Source of the DNA: Gracilinanus agilis
Lineage: Eukaryota
Direction of reading: 5' to 3'
Assembly: GCF_016433145.1 (NCBI RefSeq)
Contig: NC_058130.1
Location: forward strand, 792,095,358-792,159,357
Length of the DNA stretch: 64,000 nucleotides
In this document: positions 25,200 through 39,154 of the stretch, in pieces
Position numbering within the stretch: position 1 is the first letter of the stretch
How the letters are laid out: each line of letters begins with the position of its first letter
Translations under genes and position numbers: made by a program
Notes under the pieces: generated by a model
Seen by the model: only the letters and a program-made list of their open reading frames with translations
What the model was told of the DNA's origin: nothing
Databases searched by the model: none

Positions 25200-27810
25200 T
25201 GTGTCATATGTAAGAATAAGTGGCTGCCTTGAAGAGAAAAATGAAAGTATGTAAAAGGAGGAGTTTGGAGTGAGACTTTTTTTGTCATATATATATATAT
25301 ATTTATTTTTCCAATTATATGTGAAAAAAAGTTTAAATTTTCATTTTTAAAAATTTTGAGCTCAAAATTCTTAACTCCCTTACCCCTAACTTGACAAAGT
25401 GAGTAATAAGATATCAGTTTTACTTTTGCAATCATGAGGAATATATTTATATTATAATTCTGTTGAAAAAGAAAACAGACCAAATAGGAGAAAAAAAATT
25501 ATAAAAAATGTTAAGGTTTCCTTTGATCTGCATTCCTATTTGTCCTACTCTTTATCTGAAGTTGGACAGAATTGTTTTCCTCATATGACATTTTTAATTA
25601 ATCATGGATCTCTTAAATTCTAAGCATTATGTCATTAACAATATTCATTATTATGAATATTACAATATTAATATTACTATATACAATGTTTTACTGGTTT
25701 TCATCATTTCACTTTGTATCAGTTCATGTCAATCCAGGACTGTTCTGAAAGCACCCTGTTCATTACTTCTTAAAGCATAAAAACATACCATCACAATCAA
25801 AATGTTAATTTGTTCAGCTCTTCTTCATCTGATGGAGATCTCTTCAATTTCAAATGCTTTGCCACCATGTAAATTTGCATAAATATATAGTTACTTATTG
25901 GTCCTTTTTCCTTTTAAAAAAATCTCTTTGGGATATAGACCTAATCTCACTACTTCCCTATCCCTAACCTCCTCCTTCTCTATACTTTTCTTTTTCCCTT
26001 GAAGTCAACCACTTACTTCTCCCTGTAACCCATGGTCATAATCTCATAGTCTACCGTATCTACCTCTTCTTCTTTAATCTCTCTTTATAAATATCTATAT
26101 TTATAATCTCATAATCTCTCTCTATAAAGTTAGTGGCCAAGTCATATCACTTCTACAAATATAGCTAATCAAAAGTTATGCACAGTTTTGTACCCCTTTG
26201 GGCATTTTTTTTTTCAAAATAGTCTTCAGAAGGATAGAATCAGTTCACAACTCCATCAACAAGCATTAGTTTCCCAATTTTTCCACATTCCCTCCATCAT
26301 TTCTTATGTTCCTTTTTGTCACATTAGCCAATCTGAGAACTATGGAGTGATACCTCACAGGCATTTTAGTTAATAGTGTTTGAGAGCACTTTTAAATGAC
26401 TATAAATCACTTTGATTTCTTTTTCTGAAAACCATTTGTTCAAAACTTTTGACCATTTATCAACTGGGAAATGCTTCATGATTCTGGGCAAACTCTGTCT
26501 TGTCATTGAGCAGTCTTGGTCATTGCCACAACTACATCCTATTTTTTTGTTCTTCGTCTTGTCACAGCTCTATATATCTACTTTTTAATCCAATGATACC
26601 CCTCCTAGGTCTGTATCCCCAAAAGACAGAAGGTAGGGGAAAAAAACCTACTTGCACAAAATTATTTATATTGTCTGTTTGGTTTTGTTGTGGCAAATAA
26701 TTGGAAATCGAAGGGATGATGATCCATTTGGCCATGGCTGAAGAATTGATCACATAAGATTGTAATCAAATACTATTGCACCTTAAGAGAGGACAACCAA
26801 GATGATGACCAAAAACCTGTCATTTTTTAAGGTTTTGCTATTGATATGTCCAATTATCCTGCTGGTTTTCCTAATATTAAACCAGTCTTCCATTCCTGGT
26901 ATGAATTTCACCTGTTATAGTGTATGATCTCCTGACATATTTCAATAATCTCCTTGCTAATATTTTATTTAAAGTGTTTTTATTAATATTTTTAGGAAAA
27001 TTGTTGTATAATCTTTCTTGGTTTTATCTCTTCCTCATTTATGTATTATCAAAATATTTATATCACAAAAGCAATTTGTTTTGAATCCTGCTTTCCTTAT
27101 TTTCTCATACAGTTTATAAAAGATTAGAATAAACTGTTCATATATTTGGAACAATTCACTTGTAACTACATCTGGCTCTGGGGATTTTTTTAGGTAGCTT
27201 ATTTAGGGATTATTCAATTTCTTTTCATTTTTCTTTAGAATCTTTTTCTAATATAAAAGTATTATACAAGTGTGATATTTCTTCTAATCAGAGCCATTTA
27301 TGTTATTGTATATATTTATCCATTTAAGTTAGGATATTAGATTTATTGTGTACTTCACTTCACACAAGTTCATACACATCTTCTTAGGGTTTTTTCTGAA
27401 ATGATCTTATTTGGTTTTATTTAAAAGTAATAATATTCCCTCATATTCATGTAACATAACTCATTCAATTATTCCCAAACTGATGAGAACCCTCACAGTA
27501 ATTCATTGACTCCATAAAAAGAACTGGTATAAATAGTTTTCTATCCATTGGTCTTTTTCCTTTTTTTTAAGTTCTTTTATGTTTATGCAAAATAGTATTG
27601 TCATTGTATCAAAGGATTTGCAAGATTTAGGAACTGTTGAGGCATAGTTCCAAATGGCTTTCTAAAATAGCTCGGGGCCACAATAATGTGTCAGTTTTGC
27701 CACATCCCCTCCAACATTTGTCATTTTCTTTCATTGTCAACTTTGCCAATCAGATTAACATGAGGTACAACTTCATAGTTGCTTTCACTTACATTTCTGA
27801 GTTCCAAATT
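25200..27810. mobile_element. Cluster of old L1 3' ORF2/3' UTR fragments in mixed orientation
   Basis: For example 26560-26800 (+) matches the L1 'PLLGLYPK...TCTKLFI' segment; 26140-26460, 26830-27330 and 27350-27810 match L1 on the minus strand. Confidence 0.6.
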
Positions 27811-27811
27811 C

Positions 27812-29030
27812 TTTTATTATTTTTTTTCTGCTCAATATGCTTTTATTCTCCTTTTATCTTTGCAGTCACCTTTGAGTAATCATTGAGTAAACAATAGAAT
27901 GGAATGAAATAATATTGTCATATGTGCAAATAGATCTAAAACCCCTTAACAATTATGATAAGGCAGTTATAAGTAACTTTTCTTAGAATTTACATTTGCT
28001 GTTTTAAGTACAATTTAAAGAGCTGCCCTATCTCAGGAATGCTAGGAAAGAGACATGGCATGGTTCAAGGAGTCCACTTCCTTGACAGTATGCTCCAATT
28101 CTGAAAATCCAAAGGCTTTATGAGTTCGGTACTATTAAGTCCCAGGTTAAGCAGAAGGCCAGTTTGGCCAAAAAATCCTTGAAACCCAATAGCAATTTTT
28201 ACCTCTCAATTAATTGACAAAGTCCTTTCTATTTTTTCTCTCCATTTTGGTATTCTACAGAATTTTAAGTAAAGCGCAGTTCCTGTTTGTTTGTTTTCCT
28301 TTTGATTTTCAAGTTTTTATCTTTATAGAAACAAGTCTCATCATCACTTAAGGTGAAGTCAAATGAGAGATGGGTAGAGTTAGTTAACAGTCCAGTTTAA
28401 TGGCAACTTCATAAAATATTCTAGCCGGAAGAAGCCCCAGAAATGCAAAACTTAAACCAAATATATGTACTGGATGCATATGAAACTCCTAGAACTGGGA
28501 CTATTCTAGGATACATCAGCCTCAGGCACATTCTGATTATAATTGCCTGCGAGGCACCTCCCACTCTCTACAGACCATCAGATTGTGAATTGGTGTCTAG
28601 ACTAATTCCTAATTAGTCATTTCAAAAACTAGAAGTTTCAAATACTCCAAAGTCATACCTGAAGCTTTCCCCCTTTAAATAGCAGGAGATTGGGGGAAGC
28701 TGGGTAGTTCAGTGAATTGAGAGGTAGGCCTAGAGATGGGAGGTCCTGGGTCCAAATCTGACCTCAGACACCTCCAAGCTGTGTGACCCTGGGCAAGTCA
28801 TTTAACCCCCATGGCCTAGCCTTTACCACTTTTCTGTCTTAGAACCAATACACAGTATTGATTCTAAGGCAGAAGGTAAGGATTTTAAAATATAAAACAA
28901 ATAGCAGGAGATTAAGGGCAAATAGCATATAATCAAACCATGGTTTTCCTTATAGATAAGATGTGTAATGCATAAATATATGGAAATTAAAATTCACTGT
29001 CAGTTTGTAGGAATAGAGAGATAAGGGATA
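27812..29030 (-). pseudogene. STK39: Probable distal 3' UTR and poly(A) tail of the STK39 retrocopy
   Basis: Minus-strand AATAAA (27842-27847) is followed about 14 nt later by an A-rich tail (27812-27827). The tract 'aaactgacagtgaattttaatttccatatatttatgcattacacatc' matches my recollection of the conserved STK39 3' UTR (not verified by search). Confidence 0.55.
28692..28898 (+). mobile_element. Opossum-type tRNA/CORE SINE (SINE-1_MD-like)
   Basis: ggggg(a)agctgggtag...gtgtgaccctgggcaagtca...agaaccaatacacagtattgattctaaggcagaaggtaagg plus A-rich tail; perfect 15-bp TSD aaatagcaggagatt (28677-28691 and 28899-28913). Confidence 0.9.
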
Positions 29031-29034
29031 AGGG

Positions 29035-29460
29035 AAAATGCAAAATTGTCTCTAAAAGGAAGAGAAGAAAATCTAGCCATGAACCCTGGGAAAAGATTCT
29101 GGAATAAGAAGGCACTGAAGAGGAGGTTTGGGAGTTAAGTGACACTTAACAGATTTTCCTGCACTGGGCTGGGAGGGAGAACAGCTGCTCCAAAGGCTCT
29201 TGTAACCTGACCAGTTTGTGGAGAAACTTGGAGATTCTTTTGGTTTGGAAGATACCTTGGAGGTGATCTGGTTTTCCCTGCAGTGTTGAATCAATTTGGC
29301 TGAGGTAATCCAAAGATTTTAACATCTGGGACTTTGGTTTTTTTACCTAAGAAACCAACCCCAGGCTTGGGGAAGGACAATCCACTTGTGAGTCCATACT
29401 CAATAGCCTGTTTAAAGACAAATAAGGTTAGCTGACTTAACAATCTGGGATACTTAGTCT
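29035..29460. mobile_element. Unassigned, LTR-like insert within the STK39 retrocopy
   Basis: Does not resemble kinase CDS; composition is LTR-like; family not identified. Confidence 0.25.
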
Positions 29461-29464
29461 AGAT

Positions 29465-29668
29465 CAGTGATGGACAACCTTTTCAAAGAGGGGGCCAAAG
29501 GAAAGGAAATGCTCATCTGTCAGTCTGTTTCTAAGGCAACTCTTTTGAAGTTTCACTGTATTGTATCCTATTCATTTATTCTTCAGATTAGGAATCATGT
29601 CCAGCAACAAGATAGAACATTTCAGGGGGCTGCATCTGGCCCACAGGCTGTAGCTGGCCCATCACTAA
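29465..29668 (+). mobile_element. Non-autonomous hAT (Charlie-type) DNA transposon (MITE)
   Basis: TIRs cagtgatggacaac.../...ggccccatcacta; 8-bp TSD gtctagat / atctaaat matching the NTCTAGAN target consensus. Confidence 0.8.
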
Positions 29669-29676
29669 TCTAAATA

Positions 29677-30870
<1,194 letters not shown>

Positions 30871-30879
30871 GCATTCTTA

Positions 30880-31078
30880 GTTTTTTTTTAAAACTCTTAC
30901 CTTCTGCCTTAGAACCAATACAGTGTATTGGTTCTAAGGCAGCAGAGTGGTAAGGGATAGGCAATGGGGGTCAAGTGACTTGCCCAGGAACACACAGTTA
31001 GGAAGTATCTGAAGCCAGATTTAAACCCAGGACCTCTAGGCCTGGCTCTCAATTCACTGAGCGACCCAACTGCCCCCA
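30880..31078 (-). mobile_element. Opossum-type SINE (same family as 28692)
   Basis: Reverse complement of the SINE consensus with a poly(T) start; imperfect TSD cattcttagtt / cattcctggtt. Confidence 0.88.
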
Positions 31079-31099
31079 CATTCCTGGTTCTAATGATCA

Positions 31100-31910
31100 T
31101 TATCCATTCCTTCCTTAAAACTACCTAGTTATTCCTTTAATTATTTATCTCTTTGACAGTAAGTATTCTTCCAAAAAAGGTGAATCTATTTCTCAGATAT
31201 CTTGAAAATGAACCTTTTATCCAAGAAACTTATTTCAAAGACAATCCTACCAATTACATATTTCTATTCTAATTTTCCTGCTATCATTTCTGCAAAAATT
31301 TTATAATTTTATGTTCTCAGAATTCCCAATCTGTCATCTATGGTCATTGATCACATGTTGATCATGAGTACTTTCATGATCCACTAATCTAAGAAGTATT
31401 TTTTTATTTGTTCCAGAAATGTATTTTTCTATGTTGTCCTTTATGTTTAAAGTATACATCTTCCTGTAGGTTATCTTGGCAAATTGTGTATGATTTTGAA
31501 CTATATAGCTTTTTACTATAAGACTATTTTCCACTTTTCATAGCACTTTTTATGAATAGTAGGTTCTTACCTTTAGTAGCTGAAGTCTTTAGAGTTATCA
31601 AACTTTGTGGTACTATGATAATTTACTTCAATATGTTGTATAGCTCATCTATTCCATTAACTAACCTATATTTATCATATACTATCAAATGGTTTCAATG
31701 ATTACTACCTCTCAGTAAAGTTTGAGATGTTATTACTAGATCCTTGCTAGTTATTTTCATAGTTTCCCTTGAGATTATTGATATTTTTCTTCCACATCAA
31801 TTTAATTATTGTTTTTCTACATATGTGAAGAGATTTTTTAGTAGCTTCATACCAAATAAGTAAACTAATTTAGATATTGTTGTAAATTTAAATAGGGAAT
31901 TCTTAAATCC
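31100..31910 (-). mobile_element. Old L1 ORF2 fragments
   Basis: Reverse complement resembles the L1 'LKLYYKA.VIK.IWY.L.NR.VDQWN' region (31620-31760). Confidence 0.5.
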
Positions 31911-32024
31911 ACCACCTTTCTTCTAACACAACATAATTTACTCATAATTTATACTTTGCTGAAATTTGCTCAACAATATAGAAGGTGCAGAAACCAAAAT
32001 GCCCCATGTTTCTTTCTCATCCAG

Positions 32025-32830
32025 ATCAGCTATGGGCCTTTTGATTCAAAGCTGAGTAACAAAGCCCAGTTTTCTTCTCTCTACCAGATGGCCCAAAGGG
32101 ACTCCTCCCTACACCATGGTATTGTCCAATTAGTGGTACAATTTGAATGGACTTGGGTAGGTCTGGTGACCACAGATAATATGAGAGGTGAAGAATTCCT
32201 TTGGAACCTAAGAGGGGACATGATTAAGCATGACATCTGTCTGACTTACACCGAGAAGCTCCCAGTCAGTGAGAGAAGACACACAGAATCTCAAGATATG
32301 TTCGTGCCACGTATCTTACAATCCTCAGAGTCATCATCATCATTCATGGTGACACAGATTCACTCATGATCCTTAGATACTCACAGCCTATTCTTCATTA
32401 TATCCTAAAGAAAGTCTGGATCACCACTTCTCATTGGGACATAACCATGAGACACCAGTGGAATGATGGGCACAGTTTCCATGGAGCACTTTCATTTTCC
32501 CAGATGACAAAGGACATACCTGCTTTCAAGTTCTTTCTCAGCGTAATGAACCCTGCCCAATACCCAGAGGACTCTTTACTCAAGGACTTCTTGTTCTCAG
32601 CATTCAAAGACTTGGAGAAACTTGAAAATGAGGAATTAAATGAATGCTCCCCCAATGCCTCCTTGGAAACTCTTCCTCTACACATTTTTGATATGGCAAT
32701 GTCTGGTCTGAGTTATACCATCTACAATGCTGTGCATGCTGTGGCCAGAGCCCTGCATGAAATGCTCCTGGTGACATCAGAGAGAGAATTTCTAAGAGAT
32801 GGAGAAACCTGGGTGCCTCAGCCATGGCAG
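32025..32830 (+). pseudogene. V2R paralog C exon 3, frameshifted
   Basis: ccag|ISYGPFD...FEWTWVGLVTTDN...RILQSS, then the frame shifts at about 32325-32327 into RVIIIHGDTDSLM...VWITTSHWD...YNAVHAVARALHEM...QPWQ|gtaaca. Confidence 0.92.
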
Positions 32831-33219
32831 GTAACATTAAGGGCACAATCTGTACTAGCTATTGTTCTGGGTACAGCTTATACATCAATGAATCAAGGAA
32901 AAAGAAATTATGGGAAAGAAATTATGTACATATGTGAATTTAATCGAAATAAATACAAAAGGGAGACAATGTCTAATCTAAATTTTGTCTAAAAGGTTGA
33001 ATAAATGCATTCTATTAAGAAGTAGTCAAGGGTAAAATAGAGGGGCAGGAGATAGAGATATCATATAGAATTCAAGCCATAGCAAAAAGAATGGCTAGTT
33101 ATAATGTAGTGTGTAAAGAAAATAAGATGAAATATAATGACATTTTTTTTCATGAAATGGTATCTAAATGTGATGTCTCTTGAACACAAACCAAACTATT
33201 AATATGAACCTAGACCAAG

Positions 33220-33610
33220 TGTGGGTTTTAGATCTTTGTGAATTCTTTGCCACTTGTGTTACTTAGAATTTCTGGGGTTCCATTTTAGAGGTATTAAACC
33301 TCAAAATATGTAGATATATGTCAACTTCCTGTGGACATGTGGGGGACTTTGAAACTACATTTTCCATGGTCCAATGGGTTTCCTGTTTTGGATGACATCT
33401 TCAAGGTAAAGCCTGGCTTTAAATATTGGGAAGTCAGTTTTGACTTCTTCTTGGCTACCTGAGCTCGTGCTCTTCTGCTACACAGACAAGATGAGGGAAG
33501 ATAGGGGAACGTAATGACTTAGGCAGCAATTTGAAATTTTTACAGGCTCATGGTCGATTTTATTCTACCAACAAGGGCCTAAATAAAATATTAGTTTTCC
33601 TCATAATACC
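33220..33610 (+). mobile_element. Solo LTR related to those at 539 and 15869
   Basis: Shared core ggacatgtgggggactttgaaactacattttccatggtccaatgggtttcc and gcaatttgaaatttttacagg; AATAAA near 33582. Confidence 0.5.
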
Positions 33611-33976
33611 AGCCTTCATCATTTTAAAAAATAACACAGTCTAGAGTGATGTGTCAGCACTACATGCCAGGATGAATGGAATCTCTAACTTAGATTTCAA
33701 TTAACATCTTTTTAGCCAACATTTCTTCAACATCTAATAGTGTCAAGAAAAATCAGTGTCCTTCCTCCTGAAACCATGAAAGTATATCATAGAAAACAGA
33801 ATCTACTGTCTAGACTGGTTCTTACAGAAACCAAGATATTTATTATTCACATGAAACAAGAGCACTAACTTCAGGCCATGAGTACTGGGATCGCCTATAT
33901 AGGCCATATGTCATACTTTGGTAAGACCCCTGTCTTTGGGCACTAGGCAGCAATTGATATTTTTCTTCCCTTTCAG

Positions 33977-34204
33977 CTCCACAATTTTCTGAAGAAAATC
34001 CACTTTCACAATAATATTGGTGACCAAGTCTTTTTGCATGGTACAGGAAATTCTGTAGTCCATTATAACGTTTCGGAGTACTTGTTTTTTCAAAATGGGA
34101 CTGACACTCTGGTTAAAGTGGGACAGTTTATTCCAAATGCTCCCTATGGTCAAGATTTTTTCATTCATAAAGAAGCCATATTGTGGGGCTGGAATGAGCT
34201 GAAG
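33977..34204 (+). pseudogene. V2R paralog C exon 4
   Basis: tttcag| ... |gtcaga; 228 nt open frame LHNFLKKIHFHNNIGDQVF...VKVGQFIPNAP...I.W. Confidence 0.88.
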
Positions 34205-35118
34205 GTCAGAAACAATCTCAGTTTTAATTCAAAGCTTCCAATTCAAAGCTTCTTATTTCTTAGGTTAACTAAACAAATAACTTTAAGGTTAAAATCCTAC
34301 ATAAATATTAAACATTCTTATTAATTCATATATAGCCATTTTTGTAGAGAAAATCTTCATCTAGTTCCGTTTTACTTTTTTTCCCCAGGAAGACTAAGAA
34401 AAAATAGTAGTAGTCAATACACCCAATTTTCCCACACTGTGCAATATTTCATAATCTGCATTGTTACATGGTCTATTTATTTGACTTCAGTGAAAGCAAA
34501 GTCATTCATTCTCTTGAAGTTTTCTCTAATGACTTCAGCTAATTTATTTTATAAAATTAACTACATTCCTAAATATTCCAAAACAATTTGATTTGCCAAA
34601 TTGTATTTACGAAGACTGTGGGATTTATTCTTTATGTTTCATAGAAAAATGAATTCCATCACAGCCTTTGAGTGCCTTACATCATATGTGAAAGACAATT
34701 AATGTTCATATTTTAGTTCATTATTCTGCTTTTTTTAACCATTAGGGTTTTAAAAGTGGTCATAATTATACCTAGAATTATAGAATATTTTACCTGAAAG
34801 AGACCTTTGGAGTCCAACAATCTCTTTTTTTTTCAAATGAAGAATCTGAAACACAAAGCAGAGCAGTAGCTCAGCCAAAGTCACTTGGCTACTCATGAAT
34901 AGGAATTGAAATTATATCTCTTGAATACATGTATAGTGGGTATTCTCTTACATATGCTCATTGACTAATTAACCTGGAAGAAGTTCAATAGCTCATTAAT
35001 AAAATAAGATTCATTGCCTTGGCTAAAAATTGACACAATTCTCAAAAAATAATCTACTTCACCACATGTTGTTAAGGTGCAGATCCTTAATGTATTTTCT
35101 TTTCATCTCACTATTCAT

Positions 35119-35242
35119 CCTCCTCATGCTGTATGCAGTGAAAGCTTTGGCCTTGGATTCATGAAAACCCCATGGGAGGGAGAGCATGTCTGTGGCTTTG
35201 ACTGTTCTTCATGTTCAGAAGGGGAGATTTCCAAACAAACCA
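35119..35242 (+). pseudogene. V2R paralog C exon 5, acceptor mutated
   Basis: 124 nt (typical V2R exon 5 size) PPHAVCSESFGLGFMKTPWEGEHVCGFDC...EGEISKQT|gtaagt; preceded by cat rather than cag; two consensus Cys replaced (C>F, C>G). Confidence 0.82.
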
Positions 35243-35339
35243 GTAAGTATTGCAATGATCTTTCCTAAGCAGCCCACTAAAACATAAAAAAACTTGTATT
35301 TGGCTCTTGAGGTCATATAGAATTCATGGGAACCTCGAT

Positions 35340-36550
35340 GAAAGAGTAACAAGTATTTTCAAAACGTAGGTAATCTGTGCAGCTGTCAGGGCAATTTGGG
35401 CAGTGAGGAGGGATAATGGGGAAATAGGTGATTATAAGGTGATTGGAGGAGTAATGAAGGTAAGGGAAGGTATATAGGAGATAATGGAAATGGAGTAGAT
35501 AGGAGGGCAGCAGGCAGCTTAAACAGATTTATTCACTGAGGCTTGAGACAGAGGATACAGGGAGGAATTAGGCTAGTAAGAAATATTTAGATCAAGGCTG
35601 GGGTTTTTCTCTTGTTAGTTTCTAATGTCTCTTGAGGGAGGAGTTGAAAAGGCTCCTCCCTGCCTGTGAAACTGATGGCTTCAGGAAGTCTTGGGTAATG
35701 ACTTCCTGCCAAGATGGATGCCCACAGTTCCCTCAAGAAATAAAAAGAAAATGATTTCTTCCCTCTTTATCCCTTGCCTTAATCTTCAATACAATGATTC
35801 ACCAGAGGCTTTGAATAGGTAACAAAGGGGATTTATCAATATCAGGTTAATCAGAGGGAAAGAGGTTCAGGTTTTCCTAACTGCTGTTAGTTAGAGGGCT
35901 GATGGTGGGGGATGGGACACAGGTGAGGTTTAGACTGAAAGAGTCTGGCTATTCCAGTCAGGAAGGTTTGAATGCCTTTTAAGTAAAGCCTTTGTCAAAT
36001 CACTAAAACTAGGGGTGACTTATCTGAGGATGCCCTATTTGCCTACAGAAACTAAAACCACAATATTCAATCACCAAGCCCTCCCTTCTTCTCAGAGCAC
36101 AAAGGGAAATTCAGGGGAAAGGGAGGGATGTAAATGAAGAGAGATCAGGGAGAGGTCCAGAGAAATCAGATAGGTCTAAATTTCCTCAAGACAAAATAAG
36201 CACAGGCCAAGGCTGAAGTTAAAGGCCAAAGCTGAGCTGAAAAGATGAGGCCAACAGCCTAAGCCAGAGCTCAAAAAGCAAAAGCCTCCAGCTAACGTGA
36301 AAGCCAAAAGGCAAAAGCCTCCTTAGTTGGAACTTCAGCCCTATTTATAGCCTCGGGCTTCCAACTGTCTTTCTGAAGATTCTAAAACCTCTAACTGCCT
36401 TTTTGTCACCATTTGAAATTGCAGAAGCAAAAAGCTTCTGTTAGCCAACTTGCATTAGACAAGAAATACAGCCACAAGGGATGCTCATGGTTTTCTTTCT
36501 CTTTGTTCATCTTATGTCCTTGGTGCCCTCCATATATTATACAACGTGAT
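35340..36550 (-). mobile_element. Putative LTR-like element
   Basis: Minus-strand TATA (ctataaatagggc, about 36340) and internal short repeats (aaggccaaagc...). Boundaries approximate. Confidence 0.3.
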
Positions 36551-36869
36551 ATGGGGATGGTCATCAGCTGGATTAATATGTAGGATCATAGATGTAGAAG
36601 TGGAAGGAACCTCACTCATTAGCTATGTAGTTCAACTCCTTCATTTGATCAATCAAGAAACAACCAAAGAATGAAATGTGACTGCTGAGACTTGTTGGAG
36701 TTATATGACTTGCCCAAGTTGATATTGCAAAGAACAGATTTTGGATATCCATGTAGTGTGAAAATGGGATTGACTCTCCCCTTCTTACTTTTAAATTTAA
36801 TCAATAGAAGCCAATACCCCACTACATAACAGTTAAGTAGGAAAAGTTTACACACCCTTATTAAAGTGG

Positions 36870-37420
36870 TTTATACCTTCAAAAGCGACTGATTGCCCCC
36901 TTGGGCAGTGTTAAACAATTTGAAAGCCTCTAATTGGTCCTTGTAAAGTTGAGGATGGAACAGGAAGTGACATGAAGAAGGGTCTTTAAAAGTAACAAAA
37001 ATTTCCTCTGAGCACCTTCTTTGCCCTGAATCTGGATTGTGGAGGAGCTGGGACTCTGGCACTTCAACTACATGTGGTTGGGCAGCTCTTGGATCTTCTC
37101 CTTTTTTGGAGACACTACTTAGGTGAGTAAAAAGATGACTCCTTTCCTGGACTCTGGAGAGATGAGTTTTCAGAGAGGCCTCCTCTTCTTGGAGGAGGCC
37201 ACCTGAGCATTCATCACTGGGCCCTCTGGCTGAGGGCTAATTTGCCTGGCCTGGTTTGAGCCAGGAGCTGGAGCAAACATTTATTGTGTTAAGTTAGATA
37301 ATTTCTCTATCTTCCTTAACATTCTTCTCCTTTCACTCCTTCCCTTCTTTTTTGCAAATAAATGACTAAAAATAATTTTCCCTTGAGATATATTAATTTT
37401 CATAATATCAGCAAACACAT
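36870..37420 (+). mobile_element. Putative LTR-like element
   Basis: Pyrimidine-rich R-like tract, AATAAA at about 37358 and an AT-rich U5-like end. Family not identified. Confidence 0.3.
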
Positions 37421-37494
37421 TCTCTTATATTTAATCAAACCATAAATTAAATCCCTATACTAGTTACTCTTAGGCAGTGTTTTCCCCACAATAC

Positions 37495-37870
37495 TGTTGT
37501 TGCTGTTGTTTGTTCTTTCTTGAAGAGAACTAATGACATCACCAGATGATGTCTAGACTTTCCCATAAACTGGATTTAAGTGACACTGAGTTAAACAAAA
37601 TGATTACTTTCACTTCCTTGTCCAGAGTCATTGAAGTAAAATGATAAGGCAAAATCAGGATGATGGGGCATGACCCCAAAGTTAATAGATGATACAGACA
37701 TCATTGATATCTGTCCAATTTCTGAACACTCTATCATAGCTCCTACTTTTGTCACCTTCATAGTCATGGAAAAAATTATTTGTATCCACCCATTCCAGCA
37801 GAGGAATGACTTACTCATTTGGGGTAAACACCTCTATAACTAACTAATACATTGATGACCCATTAGTGAT
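37495..37870. mobile_element. Marsupial MAR1/MIR-family SINE fragment
   Basis: tgttgtttgttctt...tgacatca...aactggatttaagtga...gtccagagtcattgaag pattern recalled from MAR1-type SINEs. Confidence 0.4.
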
Positions 37871-38843
37871 CTTCAGCCTGGTTTTGTTCAACTGCTAGTG
37901 TTCATGCCACAGCTTCTTGGGCTCAAGTGAGAATTGACTGCCAGGTGAACACCAAAGGTGGATAATGAATTTTAAGAAGTCTCTGCAAGTCTTCATAGGA
38001 GCGATGCTAGCCCTCCTTGGACATCCACACACCTCAAAGTACACTTGCTCTATTGTGGTATACTGGATAGAGCACTGGACACGGAGTCAGGAAAACTTCA
38101 AAGTTAAATTATATTTCATATACACAGTAGCTGTGTGATCCTGTGTATAACATAACTTCCATTGGTTTCCATTTCCCTATACTGGTAATATGATAAGTTT
38201 AGATGGCATAAGAGGTCCTTCTTATCTTGTCTATGATTTGAAAGGCAATTAGAAAAAAAGAATAATTAATATGGGGTCAGAGGACTAGGGTTCAAATATT
38301 ATCTCTGCTACTTATTATCTGTCTGACCTTGGGGAAGTCATTTCATTTTGTGGTCCATAATGCCTTTATTTCTACAATTAAATGATTGTTACAGATGCTA
38401 TCCACTATACATTATAGGACAAAATCTATGATCTTGTTCAGATTACATATGTATTAAGAAGGAAATGGAGATATTCAGGGCCTAAATTTTGTAACTGAAT
38501 AAGATGTTGTAGATGAAGGTATGTTTGAAGAAGGTACTCTCAACTGACAGAGGTTCAATCACAGAAAGACTGTGATTCAGGAAGTAAATTCAAGGTGGGA
38601 GTTTTACTACTTTAGGTGATTAATAGATGGAGAAAGTTAGCCTGAATTTGGGGAATGGTGGGATGGTCAGCTCAGGAGAAAAACTATATCTGGATGATTG
38701 AGATGAAAAATAATAAAATAATAATGACCATCATGAAGATCTCAGTTTCTATACACTATGTATTTATCCTTTATACTTAAGATTTCATTTGATCCTTACA
38801 ACAACTCTTGGAGATATTTTCCTTTTTTAAAATATAAAGTCAT

Positions 38844-39057
38844 GGGGGCAGCTGGGTAGGTCAGTGGATTGATAATCAGACCTAGAGATGGGAGGTCCTA
38901 GGTTCAAATCCGGCCTCAGACACTTCCCAGCTGTGTGACCCTGGGCAAGTCACTTGACCCCCATTGCCCATCCTTACCACTCTTCCACCTAGGAGCCAAT
39001 ACACAGAAGTTAAGGGTTTAATAATAAAACAAATAAAAATAAAAAATAAAAATAAAT
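38844..39057 (+). mobile_element. Opossum-type SINE inserted in a MIR
   Basis: SINE head gggggcagctgggtag, long A-rich tail, 14-bp TSD aaaatataaagtca (38829-38842 and 39058-39071). Confidence 0.9.
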
Positions 39058-39154
39058 AAAATATAAAGTCACACAGGCAGATCATAGGTGACATGCCTAG
39101 GGTCACTTAGCTAATAAGTGTCTGAGGCTGTATTTAATATGCAGGATTTCCTGA

